Shown here: positions 43,254-57,452 of the stretch, piece after piece
How the letters are laid out: each line of letters opens with the position of its first letter
How positions within the stretch are numbered: position 1 is the stretch's first letter
Notes under the pieces: model-generated
The model's database searches: none
Told to the model about the DNA's origin: nothing
The model's input: the letters and a program-made list of their open reading frames with translations, nothing else
Assembly: GCA_951406725.2 (NCBI GenBank)
Contig: OX597842.1
Coordinates: 18,600,001 to 18,664,000 of the forward strand
Origin: Octopus vulgaris
Lineage: Eukaryota
Direction: 5' to 3'
Length of the DNA: 64,000 bases
Program-made: the position numbers and the translations under genes

Positions 43254-46200
43254 GTCTTGCAAACAACTTGCACATGCAAGTGCTACCAGTTAAAAGCTCC
43301 GTATACCGGAAGCTAGCAAGTGTATGGGGTCATCAGGAGAGAATGCGCGCCGTTTCGGGGCCTACCTCTCGACGGCATCAATGCGCACCGGCCCCCCTCA
43401 CTGATATGAGGCCCCGCTTGCTAGATCAGCTGGTAATGAAGAACTCAATATACTTCTAGCCATCGCTCATCGTCTCTTTTTAACCAAATCCAGTGGCTAG
43501 CCTTCTCCACTGTAGATTGGATATCAGTCATGGTGGTATCGACTTTACGATGAGTTAGGCCTAGCGATTACAACAGTCGTCTCACGCTGTATCCAACAAA
43601 CCCTCTACATCCGAGTTCGATAGGAAAATGTTCCGCTTTCCAGCCTGCGTCTTCACATTCCTTTGAGGAGGTTTGCATAACGGTTCAATTCGAATCAGGA
43701 ATCATAAATGCTCAAAAACCCACTGTTGCTTCCGCTCAGGAAGAAGTTGTCCCTTTCCTTTGCTTTTTAATGAAATACTTAAGAGATATGTGTTTTCAAC
43801 GGCGTAGATTACACGATCATAGACAGGCCACGGGCAAATGCAGAATTATAGATGTTGTATACATTACCAGTAATAATGCGTTTTGGGAATGAAATCCTTC
43901 TAAAAAGTTGCATCGTAACAATTGACGGTACTGCTCTCCGGCCACGGAATGAAGCTCATTATATTCTGCATCAGGGTAGGCATAAATGCTCTAAAACCCA
44001 CTGTTGCTTCCGCTCAGGAAAGAGTTGTCCCATTCCTTTGCTTTTTAATGAAATACTTAAGAGATATGTGTTTTCAACGGCGTAGATTACCCGATCTTAG
44101 ACAGGCCACGGGCAAATGCAGAATTATAGATATTGTATACATTACCAGTAATAATGCGTTTTGGGAATGAAATCCTTCTAAAAAGTTGCATCGTAACAAT
44201 TGACGGTACTGCTCTCCGGCCACGGAATGAAGCTCATTATATTCTGCATCAGGGTAGGCATAAATGCTCTAAAACCCACTGTTGCTTCCGCTCAGGAAAG
44301 AGTTGTCCCATTCCTTTGCTTTTTAATGAAATACTTAAGAGATATGTGTTTTCAACGGCGTAGATTACCCGATCTTAGACAGGCCACGGGCAAATGCAGA
44401 ATTATAGATGTTGTATACATTACCAGTAATAATGCGTTTTGGGAATGAAATCCTTCTAAAAAGTTGCATCGTAACAATTAAGGGTAACGCTCTCCGGCCA
44501 CGGAATGAAGCTCATTATATTCTGCATCAGGGTTGGCATAAATGCTCAAAAACCCAGTGTTGCTTCCGCTCAGGAAGAAGTTGTCCCTTTCCTTTGCTTT
44601 TTAATGAAATACTTAAGAGATATGTGTTTTCAGCGGCGTAGATTACACGAATATTGCTCCAAAGGGAATGGCACACCAATAGAAAAATATCATTCCCCGT
44701 GATGCAAGAATTCGAATAAGATGTCGAGCAGAGGCTAAACGATGTACATCTGTCTCTCTAGCCTTTCATGTTGACAAAATCATAGAACTCGTTGTCAGCA
44801 GAAAACTAATAGAATTCCTTGAAGATAAAGACTTCCGCTCTGAAACCCAGCGTCGATTCGAATCAGGAAGAAGTTTAATCTTTCCTTTGCTTTTCAATCT
44901 ATAATTCTGCATTTGCCCGTGGCCTGTCTAAGATCGGGTAATCTACGCCGTTGAAAACACATATCTCTTAAGTATTTCATTAAAAAGCAAAGGATTGGGA
45001 CAACCCTTTCCTGAGCGGAAGCAACAGTGGGTTTTAGAGCATTTATGCCTACCCTGATGCAGAATATAATGAGCTTCATTCCGTGGCCGGAGAGCAGTAT
45101 AAAAGCTCCGTATACCGGAAGCTAGCAAGTGTATGGGGTCATCAGGAGAGAATGCGCGCCGTTTCGGGGCCTACCTCTCGACGGCATCAATGCGCACCGG
45201 CCCCCCTCACTGATATGAGGCCCCGCTTGCTAGATCAGCTGGTTATGAAGAACTCAATATACTTCTAGCCATCGCTCATCGTTTCTTTTTAACCAAATCC
45301 AGTGGCTAGCCTTCTCCACTGTAGATTGGATATCAGTCATGGTGGTATCGACTTTACGATGAGTTAGGCCTAGCGATTACAACAGTCGTCTCACGCTGTA
45401 TCCAACAAACCCTCTACATCCGAGTTCGATAGGAAAATGTTCCGCTTTCCAGCCTGCGTCTTCACATTCCTTTGAGGAGGTTTGCATAACGGTTCAATTT
45501 TTCGAGCCCGAGCGGCGTCCATATTATCTTCGTGAGGAACCGTTAGCTCGACTATATTTACAACTTTCTTTCTTTCACACCACATCAAAATATCTGGTGT
45601 TTTCGAAACTGGGATGGGAAAGAAAACCTGGCACCCAGGTAAAGCTGCAGTTACCTCACAATAGCCGTTCCACTTTTCATTTTTCTCAGGAAGTTTCTTG
45701 ATCTTCTTCTTGAAACGGATCCGCTGACCTGGTGGCACGAAGGTAATGAAATACTTAAGAGATATGTGTTTTCAACGGCGTAGATTACACGATCTTAGAC
45801 AGGCCACGGGCAAATGCAGAATTATAGATGTTGTATACATTACCAGTAATAATGCGTTTTGGGAATGAAATCCTTCTAAAAAGTTGCATTGTAACAATTG
45901 ACGGTACTGCTCTCCGGCCACGGAATGAAGCTCATTATATTCTGCATCAGGGTAGGCATAAATGCTCAAAAACCCACTGTTGCCTCTGCTCGGGAAGAAG
46001 TTGTCCCTTTCCTTTGCTTTTTAATGAAATACTTAAGAGATATGTGTTTTCAACGGCGTAGATTACACGATCTTAGACAGGCCACGGGCAAATGCAGAAT
46101 TATAGATGTTGTATACATTACCAGTAATAATGCGTTTTGGGAATGAAATCCTTCTAAAAAGTTGCATTGTAACAATTAAGGGTACTGCTCTCCGGCCACG

Positions 46201-49200
46201 GAATGAAGCTCATTATATTCTGCATCAGGGTAGGCATAAATGCTCTAAAACCCACTGTTGCTACCGCTCAGGAAGAAGTTGTCCCTTTCCTTTGCTTTTT
46301 AATGAAATACTTAAGAGATATGTGTTTTCAACGGCGTAGATTACCCGATCATAGACAGGCCACGGGCAAATGCAGAATTATAGATGTTGTATACATTACC
46401 AGCAATAATGCGTTTTGGGAATGAAATCCTTCTAAAAAGTTGCATCGTAACAATTAAGGGTAACGCTCTCCGGCCACGGAATGAAGCTCATTATATTCTG
46501 CATCAGGGTAGGCATAAATGCTCAAAAACCCAGTGTTGCTTCCGCTCAGGAAGAAGTTGTCCCTTTCCTTTGCTTTTTAATGAAATACTTAAGAGATATG
46601 TGTTTTCAGCGGCGTAGGTTACACGAATATTGCTCCAAAGGGAATGGCACACCAATAGAAAAATATCATTGCCCGTGATGCAAGAATTCGAATAAGATGT
46701 CGAGCAGAGGCTAAACGATGTACATCTGTCTCTCTAGCCTTTCATGTTGACAAAATCATAGAACTCGTTGTCAGCAGAAAACTAATAGAATTCCTTGAAG
46801 ATAAAGACTTCCGCTCTGAAACCCAGCGTCGATTCGAATCAGGAAGAAGTTTAATCTTTCCTTTGCTTTTCAATGAAATACGCAAGAGATACGTTTTCAA
46901 CTGCATAGATTACACAAAAATTGTCTTCTTGTATATACTGTAAATATCCAAAGTCGAGGTTCAGAAGAATTTACACAGTAACCACCAGCAATTGCATAGG
47001 AGAATACCGAGCTCTTACACAGGCCACGGGCAAATGCAGAATTATAGATGTTGGATACATTACAAGTTATAATGCGTTTGGGGAATAAAAACTTTCTAAA
47101 AAGTTGCATCGTAAAATTTCACAGAACTTCTCTCCGGTGACACGATGAAGCTCATTATATTCTGCTCCTGGGTAGGGATAAATGTGACAGAAAAAATGTA
47201 TAGCTAAACAAAATGCGTTGAAGGACAGACCAAAGAAAGCACACATTCCGGTGGAATACCGTTTCTGTTGAGCCAATGTTTAAGACGAATTCATGTCTTG
47301 CTGATTATTAGCAAAAATCACTTCATGACCAGGTTAATATTATAAATCTGATGGCATTTTACTTGAACGGAAAGGAGATTAAATTTTCCAATGGCTGATA
47401 TTGCATAAAACTTACTGAAATTTTATATATTACTTTTACTGAAAGACATCAAGCTCTTTCTTCTAAAACAGATGAAGAAGTTATTTCAAACGGAGTTTCA
47501 GGAAAGAAATCTCATAAAACAGATAACGAGGACTATTGCTTTCACAAGGCCATAGTGACCCTTGCGAGGACCTTTCCTTGGTGTCTTGCAAACAACTTGC
47601 ACATGCAAGTGCTACCAGTTAAAAGCTCCGTATACCGGAAGCTAGCAAGTGTATGGGGTCATCAGGAGAGAATGCGCGCCGTTTCGGGGCCTACCTCTCG
47701 ACGGCATCAATGCGCACCGGCCCCCCTCACTGATATGAGGCCCCGCTTGCTAGATCAGCTGGTTATGAAGAACTCAATATACTTCTAGCCATCGCTCATC
47801 GTCTCTTTTTAACCAAATCCAGTGGCTAGCCTTCTCCACTGTAGATTGGATATCAGTCATGGTGGTATCGACTTTACGATGAGTTAGGCCTAGCGATTAC
47901 AACAGTCGTCTCACGCTGTATCCAACAAACCCTCTACATCCGAGTTCGATAGGAAAATGTTCCGCTTTCCAGCCTGCGTCTTCACATTCCTTTGAGGAGG
48001 TTTGCATAACGGTTCAATTCGAATCAGGAATCATAAATGCTCAAAAACCCACTGTTGCTTCCGCTCAGGAAGAAGTTGTCCCTTTCCTTTGCTTTTTAAT
48101 GAAATACTTAAGAGATATGTGTTTTCAACGGCGTAGATTACACGATCATAGACAGGCCACGGGCAAATGCAGAATTATAGATGTTGTATACATTACCAGT
48201 AATAATGCGTTTTGGGAATGAAATCCTTCTAAAAAGTTGCATCGTAACAATTGACGGTACTGCTCTCCGGCCACGGAATGAAGCTCATTATATTCTGCAT
48301 CAGGGTAGGCATAAATGCTCTAAAACCCACTGTTGCTTCCGCTCAGGAAAGAGTTGTCCCATTCCTTTGCTTTTTAATGAAATACTTAAGAGATATGTGT
48401 TTTCAACGGCGTAGATTACCCGATCTTAGACAGGCCACGGGCAAATGCAGAATTATAGATGTTGTATACATTACCAGTAATAATGCGTTTTGGGAATGAA
48501 ATCCTTCTAAAAAGTTGCATCGTAACAATTGACGGTACTGCTCTCCGGCCACGGAATGAAGCTCATTATATTCTGCATCAGGGTAGGCATAAATGCTCTA
48601 AAACCCACTGTTGCTTCCGCTCAGGAAAGAGTTGTCCCATTCCTTTGCTTTTTAATGAAATACTTAAGAGATATGTGTTTTCAACGGCGTAGATTACCCG
48701 ATCTTAGACAGGCCACGGGCAAATGCAGAATTATAGATGTTGTATACATTACCAGTAATAATGCGTTTTGGGAATGAAATCCTTCTAAAAAGTTGCATCG
48801 TAACAATTAAGGGTAACGCTCTCCGGCCACGGAATGAAGCTCATTATATTCTGCATCAGGGTTGGCATAAATGCTCAAAAACCCAGTGTTGCTTCCGCTC
48901 AGGAAGAAGTTGTCCCTTTCCTTTGCTTTTTAATGAAATACTTAAGAGATATGTGTTTTCAGCGGCGTAGATTACACGAATATTGCTCCAAAGGGAATGG
49001 CACACCAATAGAAAAATATCATTCCCCGTGATGCAAGAATTCGAATAAGATGTCGAGCAGAGGCTAAACGATGTACATCTGTCTCTCTAGCCTTTCATGT
49101 TGACAAAATCATAGAACTCGTTGTCAGCAGAAAACTAATAGAATTCCTTGAAGATAAAGACTTCCGCTCTGAAACCCAGCGTCGATTCGAATCAGGAAGA

Positions 49201-52200
49201 AGTTTAATCTTTCCTTTGCTTTTCAATCTATAATTCTGCATTTGCCCGTGGCCTGTCTAAGATCGGGTAATCTACGCCGTTGAAAACACATATCTCTTAA
49301 GTATTTCATTAAAAAGCAAAGGATTGGGACAACCCTTTCCTGAGCGGAAGCAACAGTGGGTTTTAGAGCATTTATGCCTACCCTGATGCAGAATATAATG
49401 AGCTTCATTCCGTGGCCGGAGAGCAGTATAAAAGCTCCGTATACCGGAAGCTAGCAAGTGTATGGGGTCATCAGGAGAGAATGCGCGCCGTTTCGGGGCC
49501 TACCTCTCGACGGCATCAATGCGCACCGGCCCCCCTCACTGATATGAGGCCCCGCTTGCTAGATCAGCTGGTTATGAAGAACTCAATATACTTCTAGCCA
49601 TCGCTCATCGTTTCTTTTTAACCAAATCCAGTGGCTAGCCTTCTCCACTGTAGATTGGATATCAGTCATGGTGGTATCGACTTTACGATGAGTTAGGCCT
49701 AGCGATTACAACAGTCGTCTCACGCTGTATCCAACAAACCCTCTACATCCGAGTTCGATAGGAAAATGTTCCGCTTTCCAGCCTGCGTCTTCACATTCCT
49801 TTGAGGAGGTTTGCATAACGGTTCAATTTTTCGAGCCCGAGCGGCGTCCATATTATCTTCGTGAGGAACCGTTAGCTCGACTATATTTACAACTTTCTTT
49901 CTTTCACACCACATCAAAATATCTGGTGTTTTCGAAACTGGGATGGGAAAGAAAACCTGGCACCCAGGTAAAGCTGCAGTTACCTCACAATAGCCGTTCC
50001 ACTTTTCATTTTTCTCAGGAAGTTTCTTGATCTTCTTCTTGAAACGGATCCGCTGACCTGGTGGCACGAAGGTAATGAAATACTTAAGAGATATGTGTTT
50101 TCAACGGCGTAGATTACCCGATCATAGACTGGCCACGGGCAAATGCAGAATTATAGATGTTGTATACATTACCAGTAATAATGCGTTTTGGGAATGAAAT
50201 CCTTCTAAAAAGTTGCATCGTAACAATTGACGGTACTGCTCTCCGGCCACGGAATGAAGCTCATTATATTCTGCATCAGGGTAGGCATAAATGCTCTAAA
50301 ACCCACTGTTGCTTCCGCTCAGGAAAGAGTTGTCCCATTCCTTTGCTTTTTAATGAAATACTTAAGAGATATGTGTTTTCAACGGCGTAGATTACCCGAT
50401 CTTAGACAGGCCACGGGCAAATGCAGAATTATAGATGTTGTATACATTACCAGTAATAATGCGTTTTGGGAATGAAATCCTTCTAAAAAGTTGCATCGTA
50501 ACAATTGACGGTACTGCTCTCCGGCCACGGAATGAAGCTCATTATATTCTGCGTCAGGGTAGGCATAAATGCTCAAAAACCCACTGTTGCTTCCGCTCAG
50601 GAAGAAGTTGTCCCTTTCCTTTGCTTTTTAATGAAATACTTAAGAGATATGTGTTTTCAACGGCGTAGATTACACGATCATAGACAGGCCACGGGCAAAT
50701 GCAGAATTATAGATGTTGTATACATTACCAGTAATAATGCGTTTTGGGAATGAAATCCTTCTAAAAAGTTGCATCGTAACAATTGACGGTACTGCTCTCC
50801 GGCCACGGAATGAAGCTCATTATATTCTGCATCAGGGTAGGCATAAATGCTCTAAAACCCAATGTTGCTTCCGCTCAGGAAAGAGTTGTCCCATTCCTTT
50901 GCTTTTTAATGAAATACTTAAGAGATATGTGTTTTCAACGGCGTAGATTACCCGATCTTAGACAGGCCACGGGCAAATGCAGAATTATAGATGTTGTATA
51001 CATTACCAGTAATAATGCGTTTTGGGAATGAAATCCTTCTAAAAAGTTGCATCGTAACAATTGACGGTACTGCTCTCCGGCCACGGAATGAAGCTCATTA
51101 TATTCTGCATCAGGGTAGGCATAAATGCTCTAAAACCCACTGTTGCTTCCGCTCAGGAAAGAGTTGTCCCTTTCCTTTGCTTTTTAATGAAATACTTAAG
51201 AGATATGTGTTTTCAACGGCGTAGATTACCCGATCTTAGACAGGCCACGGGCAAATGCAGAATTATAGATGTTGTATACATTACAAGTAATAATGCGTTT
51301 TGGGAATGAAATCCTTCTAAAAAGTTGCATCGTAACAATTAAGGGTAACGCTCTCCGGCCACGGAATGAAGCTCATTATATTCTGCATCAGGGTTGGCAT
51401 AAATGCTCAAAAACCCAGTGTTGCTTCCGCTCAGGAAGAAGTTGTCCCTTTCCTTTGCTTTTTAATGAAATACTTAAGAGATATGTGTTTTCAGCGGCGT
51501 AGATTACACGAATATTGCTCCAAAGGGAATGGCACACCAATAGAAAAATATCATTCCCCGTGATGCAAGAATTCGAATAAGATGTCGAGCAGAGGCTAAA
51601 CGATGTACATCTGTCTCTCTAGCCTTTCATGTTGACAAAATCATAGAACTCGTTGTCAGCAGAAAACTAATAGAATTCCTTGAAGATAAAGACTTCCGCT
51701 CTGAAACCCAGCGTCGATTCGAATCAGGAAGAAGTTTAATCTTTCCTTTGCTTTTCAATCTATAATTCTGCATTTGCCCGTGGCCTGTCTAAGATCGGGT
51801 AATCTACGCCGTTGAAAACACATATCTCTTAAGTATTTCATTAAAAAGCAAAGGATTGGGACAACCCTTTCCTGAGCGGAAGCAACAGTGGGTTTTAGAG
51901 CATTTATGCCTACCCTGATGCAGAATATAATGAGCTTCATTCCGTGGCCGGAGAGCAGTACCGTCAATTGTTACGATGCAACTTTTTAGAAGGATTTCAT
52001 TCCCAAAACGCATTTTCAACTGCATAGATTACTCAAAAATTGTCTTCTTGTATATACTGTAAATATCCAAAGTCGAGGTTCAGAAGAATTTACACAGTAA
52101 CCACCAGCAATTGCATAGGAGAATACCGAGCTCTTACACAGGCCACGGGCAAATGCAGAATTATAGATGTTGGATACATTACAAGTTATAATGCGTTTGG

Positions 52201-55200
52201 GGAATAAAAACTTTCTAAAAAGTTGCATCGTAAAATTTCACAGAACTTCTCTCCGGTGACACGATGAAGCTCATTATATTCTGCTCCTGGGTAGGGATAA
52301 ATGTGACAGAAAAAATGTATAGCTAAACAAAATGCGTTGAAGGACAGACCAAAGAAAGCACACATTCCGGTGGAATACCGTTTCTGTTGAGCCAATGTTT
52401 AAGACGAATTCATGTCTTGCTGATTATTAGCAAAAATCACTTCATGACCAGGTTAATATTATAAATCTGATGGCATTTTACTTGAACGGAAAGGAGATTA
52501 AATTTTCCAATGGCTGATATTGCATAAAACTTACTGAAATTTTATATATTACTTTTACTGAAAGACATCAAGCTCTTTCTTCTAAAACAGATGAAGAAGT
52601 TATTTCAAACGGAGTTTCAGGAAAGAAATCTCATAAAACAGATAACGAGGATTATTGCTTTCACAAGGCCATAGTGACCCTTGCGAGGACCTTTCCTTGG
52701 TGTCTTGCAAACAACTTGCACATGCAAGTGCTACCAGTTAAAAGCTCCGTATACCGGAAGTTAGCAAGTGTATGGGGTCATCAGGAGAGAATGCGCGCCG
52801 TTTCGGGGCCTACCTCTCGACGGCATCAATGCGCACCGGCCCCCCTCACTGATATGAGGCCCCGCTTGCTAGATCAGCTGGTTATGAAGAACTCAATATA
52901 CTTCTAGCCATCGCTCATCGTCTCTTTTTAACCAAATCCAGTGGCTAGCCTTCTCCACTGTAGATTGGATATCAGTCATGGTGGTATCGACTTTACGATG
53001 AGTTAGGCCTAGCGATTACAACAGTCGTCTCACGCTGTATCCAACAAACCCTCTACATCCGAGTTCGATAGGAAAATGTTCCGCTTTCCAGCCTGCGTCT
53101 TCACATTCCTTTGAGGAGGTTTGCATAACGGTTCAATTCGAATCAGGAATCATAAATGCTCAAAAACCCACTGTTGCTTCCGCTCAGGAAGAAGTTGTCC
53201 CTTTCCTTTGCTTTTTAATGAAATACTTAAGAGATATGTGTTTTCAACGGCGTAGATTACACGATCATAGACAGGCCACGGGCAAATGCAGAATTATAGA
53301 TGTTGTATACATTACCAGTAATAATGCGTTTTGGGAATGAAATCCTTCTAAAAAGTTGCATCGTAACAATTGACGGTACTGCTCTCCGGCCACGGAATGA
53401 AGCTCATTATATTCTGCATCAGGGTAGGCATAAATGCTCTAAAACCCACTGTTGCTTCCGCTCAGGAAAGAGTTGTCCCATTCCTTTGCTTTTTAATGAA
53501 ATACTTAAGAGATATGTGTTTTCAACGGCGTAGATTACCCGATCTTAGACAGGCCACGGGCAAATGCAGAATTATAGATGTTGTATACATTACCAGTAAT
53601 AATGCGTTTTGGGAATGAAATCCTTCTAAAAAGTTGCATCGTAACAATTAAGGGTAACGCTCTCCGGCCACGGAATGAAGCTCATTATATTCTGCATCAG
53701 GGTTGGCATAAATGCTCTAAAACCCAGTGTTGCTTCCGCTCAGGAAGAAGTTGTCCCTTTCCTTTGCTTTTTAATGAAATACTTAAGAGATATGTGTTTT
53801 CAGCGGCGTAGATTACACGAATATTGCTCCAAAGGGAATGGCACACCAATAGAAAAATATCATTCCCCGTGATGCAAGAATTCGAATAAGATGTCGAGCA
53901 GAGGCTAAACGATGTACATCTGTCTCTCTAGCCTTTCATGTTGACAAAATCATAGAACTCGTTGTCAGCAGAAAACTAATAGAATTCCTTGAAGATAAAG
54001 ACTTCCGCTCTGAAACCCAGCGTCGATTCGAATCAGGAAGAAGTTTAATCTTTCCTTTGCTTTTCAATCTATAATTCTGCATTTGCCCGTGGCCTGTCTA
54101 AGATCGGGTAATCTACGCCGTTGAAAACACATATCTCTTAAGTATTTCATTAAAAAGCAAAGGATTGGGACAACCCTTTCCTGAGCGGAAGCAACAGTGG
54201 GTTTTAGAGCATTTATGCCTACCCTGATGCAGAATATAATGAGCTTCATTCCGTGGCCGGAGAGCAGTATAAAAGCTCCGTATACCGGAAGCTAGCAAGT
54301 GTATGGGGTCATCAGGAGAGAATGCGCGCCGTTTCGGGGCCTACCTCTCGACGGCATCAATGCGCACCGGCCCCCTCACTGATATGAGGCCCCGCTTGCT
54401 AGATCAGCTGGTTATGAAGAACTCAATATACTTCTAGCCATCGCTCATCGTCTCTTTTTAACCAAATCCAGTGGCTAGCCTTCTCCACTGTAGATTGGAT
54501 ATCAGTCATGGTGGTATCGACTTTACGATGAGTTAGGCCTAGCGATTACAACAGTCGTCTCACGCTGTATCCAACAAACCCTCTACATCCGAGTTCGATA
54601 GGAAAATGTTCCGCTTTCCAGCCTGCGTCTTCACATTCCTTTGAGGAGGTTTGCATAACGGTTCAATTTTTCGAGCCCGAGCGGCGTCCACATTATCTTC
54701 GTGAGGAACCGTTAGCTCGACTATATTTACAACTTTCTTTCTTTCACACCACATCAAAATATCTGGTGTTTTCGAAACTGGGATGGGAAAGAAAACCTGG
54801 CACCCAGGTAAAGCTGCAGTTACCTCACAATAGCCGTTCCACTTTTCATTTTTCTCAGGAAGTTTCTTGATCTTCTTCTTGAAACGGATCCGCTGACCTG
54901 GTGGCACGAAGGTAATGAAATACTTAAGAGATATGTGTTTTCAACGGCGTAGATTACCCGATCATAGACTGGCCACGGGCAAATGCAGAATTATAGATGT
55001 TGTATACATTACCAGTAATAATGCGTTTTGGGAATGAAATCCTTCTAAAAAGTTGCATCGTAACAATTGACGGTACTGCTCTCCGGCCACGGAATGAAGC
55101 TCATTATATTCTGCATCAGGGTAGGCATAAATGCTCTAAAACCCACTGTTGCTTCCGCTCAGGAAAGAGTTGTCCCATTCCTTTGCTTTTTAATGAAATA

Positions 55201-57452
55201 CTTAAGAGATATGTGTTTTCAACGGCGTAGATTACCCGATCTTAGACAGGCCACGGGCAAATGCAGAATTATAGATGTTGTATACATTACCAGTAATAAT
55301 GCGTTTTGGGAATGAAATCCTTCTAAAAAGTTGCATCGTAACAATTGACGGTACTGCTCTCCGGCCACGGAATGAAGCTCATTATATTCTGCGTCAGGGT
55401 AGGCATAAATGCTCAAAAACCCACTGTTGCTTCCGCTCAGGAAGAAGTTGTCCCTTTCCTTTGCTTTTTAATGAAATACTTAAGAGATATGTGTTTTCAA
55501 CGGCGTAGATTACACGATCATAGACAGGCCACGGGCAAATGCAGAATTATAGATGTTGTATACATTACCAGTAATAATGCGTTTTGGGAATGAAATCCTT
55601 CTAAAAAGTTGCATCGTAACAATTGACGGTACTGCTCTCCGGCCACGGAATGAAGCTCATTATATTCTGCATCAGGGTAGGCATAAATGCTCTAAAACCC
55701 ACTGTTGCTTCCGCTCAGGAAAGAGTTGTCCCATTCCTTTGCTTTTTAATGAAATACTTAAGAGATATGTGTTTTCAACGGCGTAGATTACCCGATCTTA
55801 GACAGGCCACGGGCAAATGCAGAATTATAGATGTTGTATACATTACCAGTAATAATGCGTTTTGGGAATGAAATCCTTCTAAAAAGTTGCATCGTAACAA
55901 TTGACGGTACTGCTCTCCGGCCACGGAATGAAGCTCATTATATTCTGCATCAGGGTAGGCATAAATGCTCTAAAACCCACTGTTGCTTCCGCTCAGGAAA
56001 GAGTTGTCCCATTCCTTTGCTTTTTAATGAAATACTTAAGAGATATGTGTTTTCAACGGCGTAGATTACCCGATCTTAGACAGGCCACGGGCAAATGCAG
56101 AATTATAGATGTTGTATACATTACCAGTAATAATGCGTTTTGGGAATGAAATCCTTCTAAAAAGTTGCATCGTAACAATTAAGGGTAACGCTCTCCGGCC
56201 ACGGAATGAAGCTCATTATATTCTGCATCAGGGTTGGCATAAATGCTCAAAAACCCAGTGTTGCTTCCGCTCAGGAAGAAGTTGTCCCTTTCCTTTGCTT
56301 TTTAATGAAATACTTAAGAGATATGTGTTTTCAGCGGCGTAGATTACACGAATATTGCTCCAAAGGGAATGGCACACCAATAGAAAAATATCATTCCCCG
56401 TGATGCAAGAATTCGAATAAGATGTCGAGCAGAGGCTAAACGATGTACATCTGTCTCTCTAGCCTTTCATGTTGACAAAATCATAGAACTCGTTGTCAGC
56501 AGAAAACTAATAGAATTCCTTGAAGATAAAGACTTCCGCTCTGAAACCCAGCGTCGATTCGAATCAGGAAGAAGTTTAATCTTTCCTTTGCTTTTCAATC
56601 TATAATTCTGCATTTGCCCGTGGCCTGTCTAAGATCGGGTAATCTACGCCGTTGAAAACACATATCTCTTAAGTATTTCATTAAAAAGCAAAGGATTGGG
56701 ACAACCCTTTCCTGAGCGGAAGCAACAGTGGGTTTTAGAGCATTTATGCCTACCCTGATGCAGAATATAATGAGCTTCATTCCGTGGCCGGAGAGCAGTA
56801 TAAAAGCTCCGTATACCGGAAGCTAGCAAGTGTATGGGGTCATCAGGAGAGAATGCGCGCCGTTTCGGGGCCTACCTCTCGACGGCATCAATGCGCACCG
56901 GCCCCCTCACTGATATGAGGCCCCGCTTGCTAGATCAGCTGGTTATGAAGAACTCAATATACTTCTAGCCATCGCTCATCGTCTCTTTTTAACCAAATCC
57001 AGTGGCTAGCCTTCTCCACTGTAGATTGGATATCAGTCATGGTGGTATCGACTTTACGATGAGTTAGGCCTAGCGATTACAACAGTCGTCTCACGCTGTA
57101 TCCAACAAACCCTCTACATCCGAGTTCGATAGGAAAATGTTCCGCTTTCCAGCCTGCGTCTTCACATTCCTTTGAGGAGGTTTGCATAACGGTTCAATTT
57201 TTCGAGCCCGAGCGGCGTCCATATTATCTTCGTGAGGAACCGTTAGCTCGACTATATTTACAACTTTCTTTCTTTCACACCACATCAAAATATCTGGTGT
57301 TTTCGAAACTGGGATGGGAAAGAAAACCTGGCACCCAGGTAAAGCTGCAGTTACCTCACAATAGCCGTTCCACTTTTCATTTTTCTCAGGAAGTTTCTTG
57401 ATCTTCTTCTTGAAACGGATCCGCTGACCTGGTGGCACGAAGGTAATGAAAT
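43254..57452 (-). mobile_element. Seven short HERO-like 3' remnants: ~43254-43690, 45101-45752, 47583-48019, 49430-50081, 52702-53138, 54270-54921, 56801-57452
   Basis: Each has the 3' UTR and the RLE C-terminus (GCRGF...WIWLKR); two recurring truncation junctions. Confidence 0.85.
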
